A stretch of 32,000 nucleotides of DNA, taken from positions 180,001 to 212,000 of the forward strand of contig SHMX01000003.1 of the NCBI GenBank assembly GCA_008080745.1. Direction: 5' to 3'. This DNA comes from Candidatus Thorarchaeota archaeon (GTDB lineage Archaea > Asgardarchaeota > Thorarchaeia > Thorarchaeales > Thorarchaeaceae). The position numbers and the translations under genes were made by a program. Positions within the stretch are counted from its first letter, which is position 1. Every line of letters starts with the position of its first letter. Under the pieces are notes generated by a model. It was not told where the DNA came from. It did no database searches and saw only the letters and a list, made by a program, of their open reading frames with translations. Below are positions 1-8,763 of this stretch, one piece after another.

Positions 1-693
1 CTTTGGAAGACTATCAAGTTCGGGGATATTATAGAAGGATGAGAGATCTGCTAAGGAAGAATCTTCTGGTACAGGTAATCCAGCGAGCTTAGAGAATTCA
101 GCAATCTTAGAATATGCTTCATCAATCGCTAACGGTGTGAGTAGATGTTTTGCTTTAGTAGAAGCTCTAACCGACTTGGTGATACCTCTCAACCGTCCAA
201 GTTTAGATTCAATTTGTCGAGCTGCTTTACCTCCGCGTATCTTCTGTATTATAACAGCAAAATCTGCTCCTTGTTCAATCCATCTTGTTCTAACCCTTCT
301 CAGAGAAGATACACCAACTTTGATAGCACCCGTTTTGAAGACAGCTGAATACACTGCATATTCAGTATTCTTGCATCGTTCCCAACGCTCTGGTTGAGCT
401 TGACACACTCGACCATCACAACGAATACAGGCATCAATATAATCCATGGCTGAACAAGGTCCGCAGCGAATTTTTGACTTAGAGATGCTCTGTGAATCAG
501 GACAAGGATTTAGTCGCATATCCCGGTCAAGATATCCTACACAAGTCTTTGGACCTCGGATAGTCCAAGCAATTCGCTGTCCTTTCTCAAGTTTTAGAAA
601 ATACGGTTTCTGTTCTCCACTTGACCAGGTATGCAGTCCTCGTTCAAATTCACCCTCGGGGGTTTCTCGCCAGAGAATGTTGGAAACGTGCAT
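1..693 (-). CDS. DUF2797-family protein (Cys-rich Zn-binding region plus GIY-YIG-like core); 3' end runs off the window; absent from the ORF track
   Basis: Manual translation: ATG at 693 preceded by GAGGT, frame open to base 1. MHVSNILWRETPEGEFERG...TCVGYLD...CPDSQ...RCGPC...CIRCDGRVC...RC...YAVYSAVFKTGAIKVGVSSLRRVRTRWIEQGADFA matches the DUF2797 pattern YxVY-x-KVG-x-RWxxQGA. Confidence 0.8.
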   Translation of the reverse strand, partial: MHVSNILWRETPEGEFERGLHTWSSGEQKPYFLKLEKGQRIAWTIRGPKTCVGYLDRDMRLNPCPDSQSISKSKIRCGPCSAMDYIDACIRCDGRVCQAQPERWERCKNTEYAVYSAVFKTGAIKVGVSSLRRVRTRWIEQGADFAVIIQKIRGGKAARQIESKLGRLRGITKSVRASTKAKHLLTPLAIDEAYSKIAEFSKLAGLPVPEDSSLADLSSFYNIPELDSLPK

Positions 694-702
694 TCTCTAA
701 CC

Positions 703-1746
703 TCAGAAGAAATGTCGACCAGTTCCCTGTCCCATCCATTTGACTCCAGCAATATTAAGATCAGCTCCGCAGTCAGGACATTTTCCTTCCTCATTGAGAT
801 TATTCTTCTTCAAATAAACCGAATATCTCTCAATTGCCTTATAGCCACAGTTGGGACAATAGGTATTCTCATGATCGTCACCAGGGATATTCCCGGAATA
901 GATGAATTCTAGACCAGCATCTTTTGCAATATTGATGTGGCGTCTGAGTGTTTCTGCATTGGTGCGAGGAATATTAGTCAGTTTGTATGTGGGAGAGAAT
1001 GCAGTGATGTGTAAAGGGGTTCGAGGTCCTAGATTATCTACTATCCAATTAGCAAGATGTTCAGTGTCTTCCTTGTGGTCACCCACCTGAGGAATTATCA
1101 GATTGGTTATTTCAATGAATATGCCTTCTTCTTTGAATTTCTTTAGAGCAGTAAAGATTGGTTTGACCTTAGGTACACCCATATACTCCTGATAAAACTC
1201 CTTGTTTCCACTTCCTTTGAAATCAACCGTTACTGCGTCAAGGTAAGGTGCAATGAACTCGATGGCTTCAGGGGTTTCATATCCATTTGTCACGAAGGTA
1301 TTATAGAGTTCATTCTCTTTTGCAATCTTTGCAGTATCATATGCAACCTCCATGAAAATAGTAGGTTCTGTGTAGGTGTAACTAATCCCATCACAATTAT
1401 TTCTGATAGCCATTTTTACTATCTCATCTGGAGTCATATCACGACCCGCAGGTTCTTCTCTTTGAGATGAATGATAGTTCAGGCAAAATTGACATCTAAA
1501 GTTGCATGATGAGGTGCTTATTGAGAAAGCACGAGAGCCAGGGGCGAAATGAAATAGAGGTTTCTTTTCGATTGGATCAGCGGCCATTCCATCTATTTTG
1601 CAATAGACTTTCGTATACAAGACACCATCTTTTAATGTTCGAACTCGACAAAAACCAGTTTCTCCCTCTTTAATTACGCATCTTCTTGCACAAAGGTCAC
1701 ATCGAACTCCATCCTTGAGTTTTGTATACAGCACCGCTTCTTTCAT
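703..1746 (-). CDS. amrS: AmmeMemoRadiSam-system radical SAM enzyme (PflA-like)
   Basis: Start reassigned to MKEAVLY (ATG 1746). N-terminal CDLCARRC...GFCRVR, DPIEKKPLFHF, radical SAM motif CNFRCQFC, YTYTEPT, TNGY and a C-terminal CPNCG...CPDCG zinc ribbon. Confidence 0.9.
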   Translation of the reverse strand: MKEAVLYTKLKDGVRCDLCARRCVIKEGETGFCRVRTLKDGVLYTKVYCKIDGMAADPIEKKPLFHFAPGSRAFSISTSSCNFRCQFCLNYHSSQREEPAGRDMTPDEIVKMAIRNNCDGISYTYTEPTIFMEVAYDTAKIAKENELYNTFVTNGYETPEAIEFIAPYLDAVTVDFKGSGNKEFYQEYMGVPKVKPIFTALKKFKEEGIFIEITNLIIPQVGDHKEDTEHLANWIVDNLGPRTPLHITAFSPTYKLTNIPRTNAETLRRHINIAKDAGLEFIYSGNIPGDDHENTYCPNCGYKAIERYSVYLKKNNLNEEGKCPDCGADLNIAGVKWMGQGTGRHFF

Positions 1747-1854
1747 ATCAGATAGAGAACACAAAGGGTTTCTTATTCCTCTTGTGGTATAACAGCGACG
1801 TGAATATATGAAACCATTAAAAGGAAATAGCACTATTTACAAGTGGTCTGTCCC

Positions 1855-2301
1855 ATGCCAACCAGAGAAGAGCTAAAAAAGATACGGGGGTTGCTAGAGA
1901 CTCTTACACTTCGCAAGCATCCCTTTCTTGAAAAATGTGCAACCGCTAAAGTGTTGGCATTCTCTGATTTTGATGGGGCAATCAAACAATATCGAAGTTT
2001 AGCAAATCAAGCTATATTTGGCCAACAATTCCAGAAACAGACAAATGGCAACTGTACAAGTTCTATTGAAGAAGTGAGGAAAAATCTGGATGGAGAATCA
2101 TTTGGAAAAGAATTACTCGGCGCTTTAAAAGGTCTGAAAAAAGATTATCTTGAACATGTTTTACAACCAGCAGTCAAGACGTATATCACTCAAGACTTAC
2201 CTCGCTCAGAACTCGAAATACTATATGAATACGCCCTCAATATCGATGGGCTAATTGAGGTTTACCAATTCTTTTCGAAGATGAGAAAAGACTCATTCTA
2301 A
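1855..2301 (+). CDS. Hypothetical all-alpha protein
   Basis: ORF of about 148 aa filling the gap between oppositely oriented genes; ATG 1855 preferred over GTG 1843; no recognisable motif. Confidence 0.7.
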
Positions 2302-2306
2302 GTTAT

Positions 2307-3773
2307 TTATTCTATACCTTCTTTTTTCTTCCCTATTGTAGCCACGAGGGTGGTTTCATCAATCAGTTTCGCAATCCCTAATCGTTCATAATCTCCAGCC
2401 CAATCCATTACTACTGCAGGACTAACACCAACCGATCGAGCAACTTCACGGACAGATAGTTGGCCAGTATCTTCAACCATCAGAAATGCCTTGGTTTTTT
2501 CAGTATTCTGCATAAGTGCCATGTATGATTCAATACGAGCTATGGTATTGTCCAAATCATGACGCATCTCGACATATTCTTTCGACATTCTCTCAAGATT
2601 TGCTTGAGCACGATCCAGTTCAGTTTTAGTTCTATCAAGTTCTCGGATAGTATCTCCTGATTCAAGAGTGCGAATTTTTGTCTTCAGTTCATCCAATTCA
2701 GACTTCACATCTGAACTTTGTTCGATTTCTTGTTCTAATTGCCGAATTTTTGCTTTTGCTTCATCAATTTGAAGGTCTTTCTCGGTTAGCTGAGACTTCG
2801 CGTGACGTACTTCCTCTTTAGCAGCCTCTACACGAGACTCAGCATCGTTTACCTTTTGCGATAGAAGATCCCTAGAGGCTTCAATACTTGTTATCTTCAT
2901 CCTCAACTCCGAAACATCTACTACATCACTTGGAGTCGATTGTGCCTGGGCTAGCTGATCTTCAAGCGCATCTATTCTCAATTTAGATGTAGAGAGATCC
3001 ACTCGAAGTCTTTGGATGTCGGTCTCTCTATTTTCTACTTTCTGCTCTGATAGTTGGAGATCCCTTTCTAACTCCTCCACTCTACGTTGGAGGTTTTTCA
3101 TATCCTCTTCAACTTCTTTAGGAACTTCAACACGTGGTTTCATGCTCAAAGCTTTGACGAGGAATTCCATCTCGGTAGCTGTTTTTTGCATATAATCATC
3201 AAAATTTGCTTTTAAGTTAGACAGATCATCATAAGTACTACGCACATCTTTTTTCAAGTCTTCAGCAACATCACGTACCTTTTGTAAAACAGGAGTAGAC
3301 ATTCCCGATGTTAGAGATTCTTCAATTTCAGAAAACTCAGTTTCCATTATTTCTCGAATCTGATTCTCGACATAATTGGCTTGCAAAGCTGTCTTTGCCT
3401 GTCTCTTGCCTTTCTGAATAACTGAATTACGCAGATTCACTAATTTGCCCTTCAATCCCACTAAGAACGATAAGACAACAGGGATAATATCACGTTCAAT
3501 ACCATCGACCGTTTCTTCAGTAGAAATTAATGCTCTTTCAACCAGATGAAGCGTTTCCCGCAGTTTATCACTACTCTTCTCAATCTCGATTCTACGTCTG
3601 ACTTGGTCTGCACTCTCAACACGAAAGACATCGCCCTTGAGTCGGCCAGAGTCCACTAGTTCTTGTTTCATCTCTTCGTCGACACCGAGGTCAGCGAGTA
3701 ACTTTCCAACTACACTATCAGTATCATCTGCATCAAATCGTTCATCTGATGATTTTTTCTTATCATCGGCCAT
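2307..3773 (-). CDS. Long coiled-coil protein with a C-terminal winged helix-turn-helix domain (488 aa)
   Basis: Start MADDKKK at ATG 3773 with an AGGTGG ribosome-binding site. About 200 aa of heptad-rich E/K/R/L sequence, then KAFLMVEDTGQLSVREVARSVGVSPAVVMDWAGDYERLGIAKL (wHTH pattern). Confidence 0.8.
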   Translation of the reverse strand: MADDKKKSSDERFDADDTDSVVGKLLADLGVDEEMKQELVDSGRLKGDVFRVESADQVRRRIEIEKSSDKLRETLHLVERALISTEETVDGIERDIIPVVLSFLVGLKGKLVNLRNSVIQKGKRQAKTALQANYVENQIREIMETEFSEIEESLTSGMSTPVLQKVRDVAEDLKKDVRSTYDDLSNLKANFDDYMQKTATEMEFLVKALSMKPRVEVPKEVEEDMKNLQRRVEELERDLQLSEQKVENRETDIQRLRVDLSTSKLRIDALEDQLAQAQSTPSDVVDVSELRMKITSIEASRDLLSQKVNDAESRVEAAKEEVRHAKSQLTEKDLQIDEAKAKIRQLEQEIEQSSDVKSELDELKTKIRTLESGDTIRELDRTKTELDRAQANLERMSKEYVEMRHDLDNTIARIESYMALMQNTEKTKAFLMVEDTGQLSVREVARSVGVSPAVVMDWAGDYERLGIAKLIDETTLVATIGKKKEGIE

Positions 3774-3879
3774 TGCGTGCCACCTACGTCTTAGTGATAT
3801 TGATAGAGAGGTCCCGACAACACATAAATCTATTCTGATAAAATTTTGAATCGTAAAACCAGAACAGGGGTAGAAATCT

Positions 3880-4716
3880 TTGAGACTATTAGTTGAGATG
3901 GAAGCCAATATTCGCAATAGAGGTTCATCCAAAATTAGAGATGGAAAGATGATTTGGCATCTTTTCACGGATATGGATAACCAATTTGTTAGAATGTTCG
4001 ATGTGTTTCCACCAGCTAGAGTGGTTGAAAAAGCTGAGAATAATATGGTTGCAATCATCAAAGTTCCTGAGCTAAGTCCTGGAGAGAGTTTCCAGCCTAC
4101 TGCAATTCTCAGAATGGATACAACCACAAGAGACTGGCTCATGGAGCCTCAACTCACTACAAAAACTGTATTGAGGAGAACTATAGGACAGTTCTGTTCA
4201 ATGAAACAATATTGGGAGACCGAGGATCCTGTTATTCAGAAATTATCTGAACGTATTGCAGAAAGTAGCAATAATGATCTAACATATACAAAGATAGCTT
4301 TTCAATTAGTTCGAGAACAAGTCAAACTCAAGACACATCTTGATGAAAGACTTGGAGCAGCCTTGGCTGCCGCAAAAAAAGAGGGGGATTGTGACGAGCA
4401 TGCAGATCTGTTTATTGCATTGACACGCGCAGTCAAAATCCCATCAAGACGGGTAGTCGGGCATTACTTTAGAGGGCGTCATGAACCCGAACCCCATGCA
4501 TGGGCCGAGGTGTTTCTTGAAAATGTCGGATGGATTCCTATCGATCCAGCCCTAGGAAGGTTTGGTACATTGAATGAGAATTATTTCTCTCGGATTAGAG
4601 AGGGACTGGTGTCGGAGAGACCTACTTTACAGATGAAATGGTCCAGAAGTTCACCTGAGAGACCATTAATTGAAGAAAATGTAACCATGTCGCTCTATAA
4701 TAATGGGCAAGATTAG
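3880..4716 (+). CDS. Transglutaminase-like (papain-fold) cysteine protease/transamidase domain protein
   Basis: Catalytic triad motifs GDCDEHADLF (Cys), HAWAEV (His) and WIPIDP (Asp); beta-rich N-terminal region. TTG start, position uncertain. Confidence 0.88.
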   Translation: MRLLVEMEANIRNRGSSKIRDGKMIWHLFTDMDNQFVRMFDVFPPARVVEKAENNMVAIIKVPELSPGESFQPTAILRMDTTTRDWLMEPQLTTKTVLRRTIGQFCSMKQYWETEDPVIQKLSERIAESSNNDLTYTKIAFQLVREQVKLKTHLDERLGAALAAAKKEGDCDEHADLFIALTRAVKIPSRRVVGHYFRGRHEPEPHAWAEVFLENVGWIPIDPALGRFGTLNENYFSRIREGLVSERPTLQMKWSRSSPERPLIEENVTMSLYNNGQD

Positions 4717-5450
4717 AGTCCAACGATATTATTGGTCATCTCAAGGGTTACAAATAAATCTGAGTTAAATTTCCAGCACGAGTGCGTATCGAAAATACAA
4801 CATTCAACCTTAGGAAGTAATGGTGCCTCCAAAGCACTTCTAAGTGTCTGAGCAAGATGATGTGATAACATCTCACCATAAGAGGCAACTTGAGGAATCG
4901 AATCCAGAAAGCGTCTTGCAACATTATCGAGGGGTCCAGGTTTATAGTCACATACTTGAATTTTATCATCAACAAACCGAATCAGGTCAATATGACCAGA
5001 AATCTTGTAATGATCCGACCATACCGGAATCTCAATGGCTAGTGCACTAGAATCTTCATACAAGAAATCTTGAAGAATGCTATGGTCGGCTCGGAAGGAA
5101 TGATCATTTCGTGCAATATGAAAATCACGAAGGAATGTAACAAGAGATGAAGAAACATCCTTAACAATGACCCCATTACGTATCAATTTTCTTCGAAAAG
5201 CTACTTTTGCACGTGTATTCATTTTAGGTAGTTTAAGAGTTGACGAACGACCATAGAAAGGGTCTCTAAAGGGTTCTTCTGGAATCTCACCATTCTTAAC
5301 CATAAGTAGATGTGCCCAGAGTGATGCAAGATCACCTTGTGTATTGCCCAACTCTTTATGATGACTCATATTCCATTGAAAACCATATGCAATCTTTCCA
5401 TGTTTAAAGTCACGTCTGACGATATTATCATGTTCCAAATCCATTACCAT
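4713..5450 (-). CDS. PD-(D/E)XK nuclease-family protein (RecB/Cas4-like core, no Fe-S cysteines)
   Basis: Motifs EIPVW...GHIDLI...VCDYKP...QVASY. The stop codon overlaps the convergent transglutaminase stop at 4713-4716. Confidence 0.8.
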   Translation of the reverse strand: MVMDLEHDNIVRRDFKHGKIAYGFQWNMSHHKELGNTQGDLASLWAHLLMVKNGEIPEEPFRDPFYGRSSTLKLPKMNTRAKVAFRRKLIRNGVIVKDVSSSLVTFLRDFHIARNDHSFRADHSILQDFLYEDSSALAIEIPVWSDHYKISGHIDLIRFVDDKIQVCDYKPGPLDNVARRFLDSIPQVASYGEMLSHHLAQTLRSALEAPLLPKVECCIFDTHSCWKFNSDLFVTLEMTNNIVGL

Positions 5451-5517
5451 TCAAAAATATCCCATGCGCGAATCTTTTTTAGTCCACCGAACCCATCATC
5501 AACTAGGTGTACACGAA

Positions 5518-5823
5518 ATGACCTATGCATTCTTAGTGTTCTATAGATACAAATTGATGGAAGAAAAGGAAGCTCAAGAAGCAAAAGAATTCTGGGTGAA
5601 ATTCTCAAAAGAGAGTTGGCCCAAAGAGATAACAATTGTAGGAGATTATCGGTACGCCTGGGGAACTGAATGGAGTGGTTTTCTAGTGGTAGAAACCGAG
5701 AGTCCGCAGCTCTTCTTTGAATTTTGGCCATTATTCCGAGATAAGACACGATGGTATATTGAAAATACTCGAACTGTTATTGGAATGAAAAGACATCCAA
5801 CACAATGGATGGAATCTCAATAA
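5518..5823 (+). CDS. Small ferredoxin-like-fold protein (GYD/DUF3303-like dimeric alpha-beta barrel)
   Basis: ATG 5518 after AGGTG; beta-alpha-beta-beta-alpha-beta pattern with WSGFLVVETESPQLFFEF; aromatic-rich. Family assignment is tentative. Confidence 0.55.
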   Translation: MTYAFLVFYRYKLMEEKEAQEAKEFWVKFSKESWPKEITIVGDYRYAWGTEWSGFLVVETESPQLFFEFWPLFRDKTRWYIENTRTVIGMKRHPTQWMESQ

Positions 5824-5867
5824 GTCCTTATCATCTGAGGAGATAAGTAGGTAGGGATGACCTATCG

Positions 5868-7208
5868 ATGGGAAGGGTATCGCTATACCTGCAAAAGAGT
5901 GATGGTACTCGTGAAACAGTTCATATCTACTCAAATCAAACAGTACTTGACCTATCAAGTCAACAGATTGAATCAATAGATCTGTCAGGTCTCGCTTCAA
6001 ATTATAATATACGAGAAATACTACTTTCGAATAATGATCTTAGTACATTAGATATTGGGGCTCTTAAATACTGTTCAAGTCTTGAGAAACTAGACCTAAG
6101 TGGAAATCAGCTGAAGGCAATTAATTTAGACCCACTAAAGTACATAGGTTCTCTTCGAATACTTCGTTTGAATCGCAACCAATTGAAAGTCCTAGACCTA
6201 CGTGCTTTGCAGAATTGTCATAATCTACGCGAGCTAATCATATCATCAAACAAAATCAGACAATTAGATTTAGCCCCACTTTATGAGCATGGAGAGTTAC
6301 AGTTGCTGGACCTTGGAAACAACAGTCTCACAGATATAGAATTAGAACCTTTGCTTACATGTCATTCTTTGAGAGATGTTTCTCTAGGTGAAAATAAGTT
6401 TCATTCGGTTGATATATCCCGATTTCTAATTCATGAACTAGATACAGAATTCACAGGTATTAGAAAACGCGCCTTAGAAGTAATTGATCGTAAAATGTTT
6501 CAAGAAAGAGATATCCAGTTTGATGTACGGTGGGATAGGTCTGATTTGCAAAGACCTTCTATTCACCAAGACTTTAGACAAGCTATAAAGAAATTTGCTA
6601 TTTTCAATCCAGAATATTCTGAATATTACAAATCAAGTCAATTTCCAAAGGATAATAGAATACTTCATGCTTCAGCTCTCATTCTCAGATCATATGGTTT
6701 GGGTTACTTCATTGGTTATGAAGGCGATATTGTCAATTATTTAAACAATCTACCAAGTAGTCTAAGCGCAGAACAAATTAGAAGAGAATTGCAGTTATTC
6801 CTATTAGAAGAAGTTGGAACTCAGATTGATAATAATGGACTGACGGTTCTTTTTGATATAGAAGAGATGGCAAACGACTGCGGAGACTGCGTATTTCTTG
6901 TAGAAAAGATAATTCAACGACGAAAAGAGGAAATTGAAGAAACTGTTCTACTGCATAATGGTAAAACAATCAATGTACGTCCTCTATACTTCACGGCTTA
7001 TGGACATCATATACTAAAGAAATTAGACAGAGATCAACGTAGAACGATGAGATTAAGCGAGTTTAAAACTATAAGATATGCCTTTAGGGAGCTTGATATC
7101 CACATTAGAACTACAACTAATCCCTCTCAAGCGCAATTTCTGGTAAAGGTGTCAAATCAGATGGCAACCGCACTAGACTCTTTGATGAAATTGAGAGATA
7201 GTAGCTAG
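5868..7208 (+). CDS. Leucine-rich repeat protein with an uncharacterised C-terminal domain
   Basis: Regular LxxLxLxxNxLxxIDLxPL repeats in the N-terminal half; no signal peptide evident. Confidence 0.9.
   Translation: MGRVSLYLQKSDGTRETVHIYSNQTVLDLSSQQIESIDLSGLASNYNIREILLSNNDLSTLDIGALKYCSSLEKLDLSGNQLKAINLDPLKYIGSLRILRLNRNQLKVLDLRALQNCHNLRELIISSNKIRQLDLAPLYEHGELQLLDLGNNSLTDIELEPLLTCHSLRDVSLGENKFHSVDISRFLIHELDTEFTGIRKRALEVIDRKMFQERDIQFDVRWDRSDLQRPSIHQDFRQAIKKFAIFNPEYSEYYKSSQFPKDNRILHASALILRSYGLGYFIGYEGDIVNYLNNLPSSLSAEQIRRELQLFLLEEVGTQIDNNGLTVLFDIEEMANDCGDCVFLVEKIIQRRKEEIEETVLLHNGKTINVRPLYFTAYGHHILKKLDRDQRRTMRLSEFKTIRYAFRELDIHIRTTTNPSQAQFLVKVSNQMATALDSLMKLRDSS
5943..6425 (+). repeat. Six complete 24-aa LRR units plus one partial unit (72-nt period)
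   Basis: Examples: KYCSSLEKLDLSGNQLKAINLDPL / KYIGSLRILRLNRNQLKVLDLRAL / QNCHNLRELIISSNKIRQLDLAPL, each counted as 24 aa. Confidence 0.9.
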
Positions 7209-7251
7209 AAAAATAATAAGAACGGGGGAGGGCCACCAAGGCCCAACCCGT
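7209..7251 (-). terminator. GC-rich stem-loop between convergent genes, with a U-rich tail on the minus strand
   Basis: ACGGG(7222-7226)..GGGCC(7230-7234)-ACCAA-GGCCC(7240-7244)..CCCGT(7247-7251), followed on the minus strand by TCTTATTATTTTT. Confidence 0.55.
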
Positions 7252-7254
7252 GTT

Positions 7255-8040
7255 TTAGTTGTGCTCCAATGAAGCATTTTCCATCAGCGTCACAATATAC
7301 TCTAAATCCATCTCGTGGATACCATCACCACTTTTGTAAAGCATGATGGAGCCGTTCTCAGCATTCACAGAAGTGGTTAGGAATGCACCACTTGGATATG
7401 CAAATGCGCCTCTGAATCGAGTAATTTCGCCCTTGTATCTACGGGTATACATACCAATTTCCTCTTCAGTGTTGATACCTGCACCTCTGAACTCAACTTG
7501 GGAAAGATTCCCCTTGTCAATTCCAGATACAAGAACTGATGCGATTTCTGCTGCCTCATCGTAGAGTTTCTTTGTTCCACCATTCAGATTCATGGGGAGA
7601 ATTTCTCCACCTGTCACATCTTCAAGAATTCTGCGGAACTTGTTTGCAATTCTCTGTGATCCTCGAACCTCAATAGATCCACGATCCAGCTTAATTAATA
7701 CGGTTCCTTTGTCAACACTAACATAATGCTGAGGAGTCAGCATACCATTTTCGTCGTAGGTTAACACAGGCACTCTGAAGCCAGCTACGAACTCTGCTGT
7801 GATGATATCTCCAGAACGTTTTACTTTTGTAAAGCCACTCTGAATATCTTGATCATCTGCAGGTTCGTAGGATATCTTTCGAAGCTCACGAGCCAAAGCA
7901 GTACTAGTCTGGCTAATGCCATTGTACTTGAATAGCTTGATAGCCATTCCAATTCCCCGTGTCTTAATCACGGTGGATTGCTTTGACTTCTTTTTGCGTT
8001 TCTTGGATGAACCCTTGGTGGTTGATTTCCTTTTGGACAA
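7255..8040 (-). CDS. Hypothetical protein with a Lys/Ser-rich N-terminal tail; possibly RdgC-like alpha/beta fold
   Basis: TTG start after ATGAGGA; tail MSKRKSTTKGSSKKRKKKSK; the segment VLIKLDRGSIEVRGSQRIANKFRRILEDVTG loosely resembles RdgC. Fold assignment is weak. Confidence 0.6.
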   Translation of the reverse strand: MSKRKSTTKGSSKKRKKKSKQSTVIKTRGIGMAIKLFKYNGISQTSTALARELRKISYEPADDQDIQSGFTKVKRSGDIITAEFVAGFRVPVLTYDENGMLTPQHYVSVDKGTVLIKLDRGSIEVRGSQRIANKFRRILEDVTGGEILPMNLNGGTKKLYDEAAEIASVLVSGIDKGNLSQVEFRGAGINTEEEIGMYTRRYKGEITRFRGAFAYPSGAFLTTSVNAENGSIMLYKSGDGIHEMDLEYIVTLMENASLEHN

Positions 8041-8070
8041 ATTTCCTCATCTCGTGGTTGTTGGATGACC

Positions 8071-8124
8071 GAGGTAACTTACCTCTGTTTCCTATGGAGA
8101 ATAGGGGGTTTTCAGTATATAAAA
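8071..8124 (-). promoter_or_regulatory. Putative TATA box with two downstream inverted repeats upstream of the 7255-8040 gene
   Basis: TTTTATATA on the minus strand (8124-8116), CCTAT-N5-ATAGG (8091-8105) and GAGGTAA-C-TTACCTC (8071-8085). Confidence 0.4.
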
Positions 8125-8301
8125 GTCACATACAACCCACCGATAGGCCAGATATGTATGAGGATATTACACACATACTTGTCTAGGTATCAACTAAGAA
8201 TAGAAAATCCAAAAGGGGACAGAACACAATTTCAGTTTCGCGCCAAACATGTAATAAAAGACAAGCTCTTGTAAAATTACCATCGACAGAAACGAATTTC
8301 A

Positions 8302-8763
8302 TTATTCATGTATTCCTGTGAGAAAATCAATGATTCTTTTATGAACCGTAGGTGGATTGGGTTTGAAAGGTGCAAAGGTTTTTGATCTCGCCTCATCGAT
8401 GCATTGAGGTAAACGCTCAAGATTTTTGCACCAGATAAGATGGCCTCGCGATTCGAGTTCGCCAATTAGCTCGGATTGATGCCCCTCCATCAAACTTGTA
8501 TTTTCGACCGAAACCAAATTGAGACCTCTAGATACACATTCCAAGGTGGTGCCCGCACCACCAGTACTAACAATGACTTCCGCTTTATCATATGCAGCAT
8601 CGAGGGACTCTATAAATCTGAAATATCTCATGTTCTTTGGCTCATACTCACCAAGACCAATCTGAGCAATAACAGAGTCAGATATTTTACCAGATCCCAC
8701 GTGGCGATCCATTGCTTTAATCAGTATATCGTAACTAGATGTTGCTACTGTAACGAATATCAT
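8302..8763 (-). CDS. alg13: Alg13/PssE-like glycosyltransferase catalytic subunit (GT28 C-terminal domain)
   Basis: MIFVTVAT, VIAQIG, IVSTGGAGTTLE, VENTSLMEGHQSEL; ATGA overlap with the upstream alg14. Confidence 0.85.
   Translation of the reverse strand: MIFVTVATSSYDILIKAMDRHVGSGKISDSVIAQIGLGEYEPKNMRYFRFIESLDAAYDKAEVIVSTGGAGTTLECVSRGLNLVSVENTSLMEGHQSELIGELESRGHLIWCKNLERLPQCIDEARSKTFAPFKPNPPTVHKRIIDFLTGIHE

Noticed and set aside
691-705. amrS and DUF2797 are in the same frame separated by TGA, suggesting selenocysteine read-through
   Set aside because: An in-frame TAG follows two codons later, and the downstream gene has its own GAGGT plus ATG.
3774-4142. 123-aa N-terminal extension of the coiled-coil ORF in the ORF track
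   Set aside because: It overlaps the opposite-strand transglutaminase gene; ATG 3773 has a good ribosome-binding site and the composition changes there.
4713-5450. Cas4 or a CRISPR locus
   Set aside because: No four-Cys Fe-S motif, no other cas genes and no repeat-spacer array in the window.
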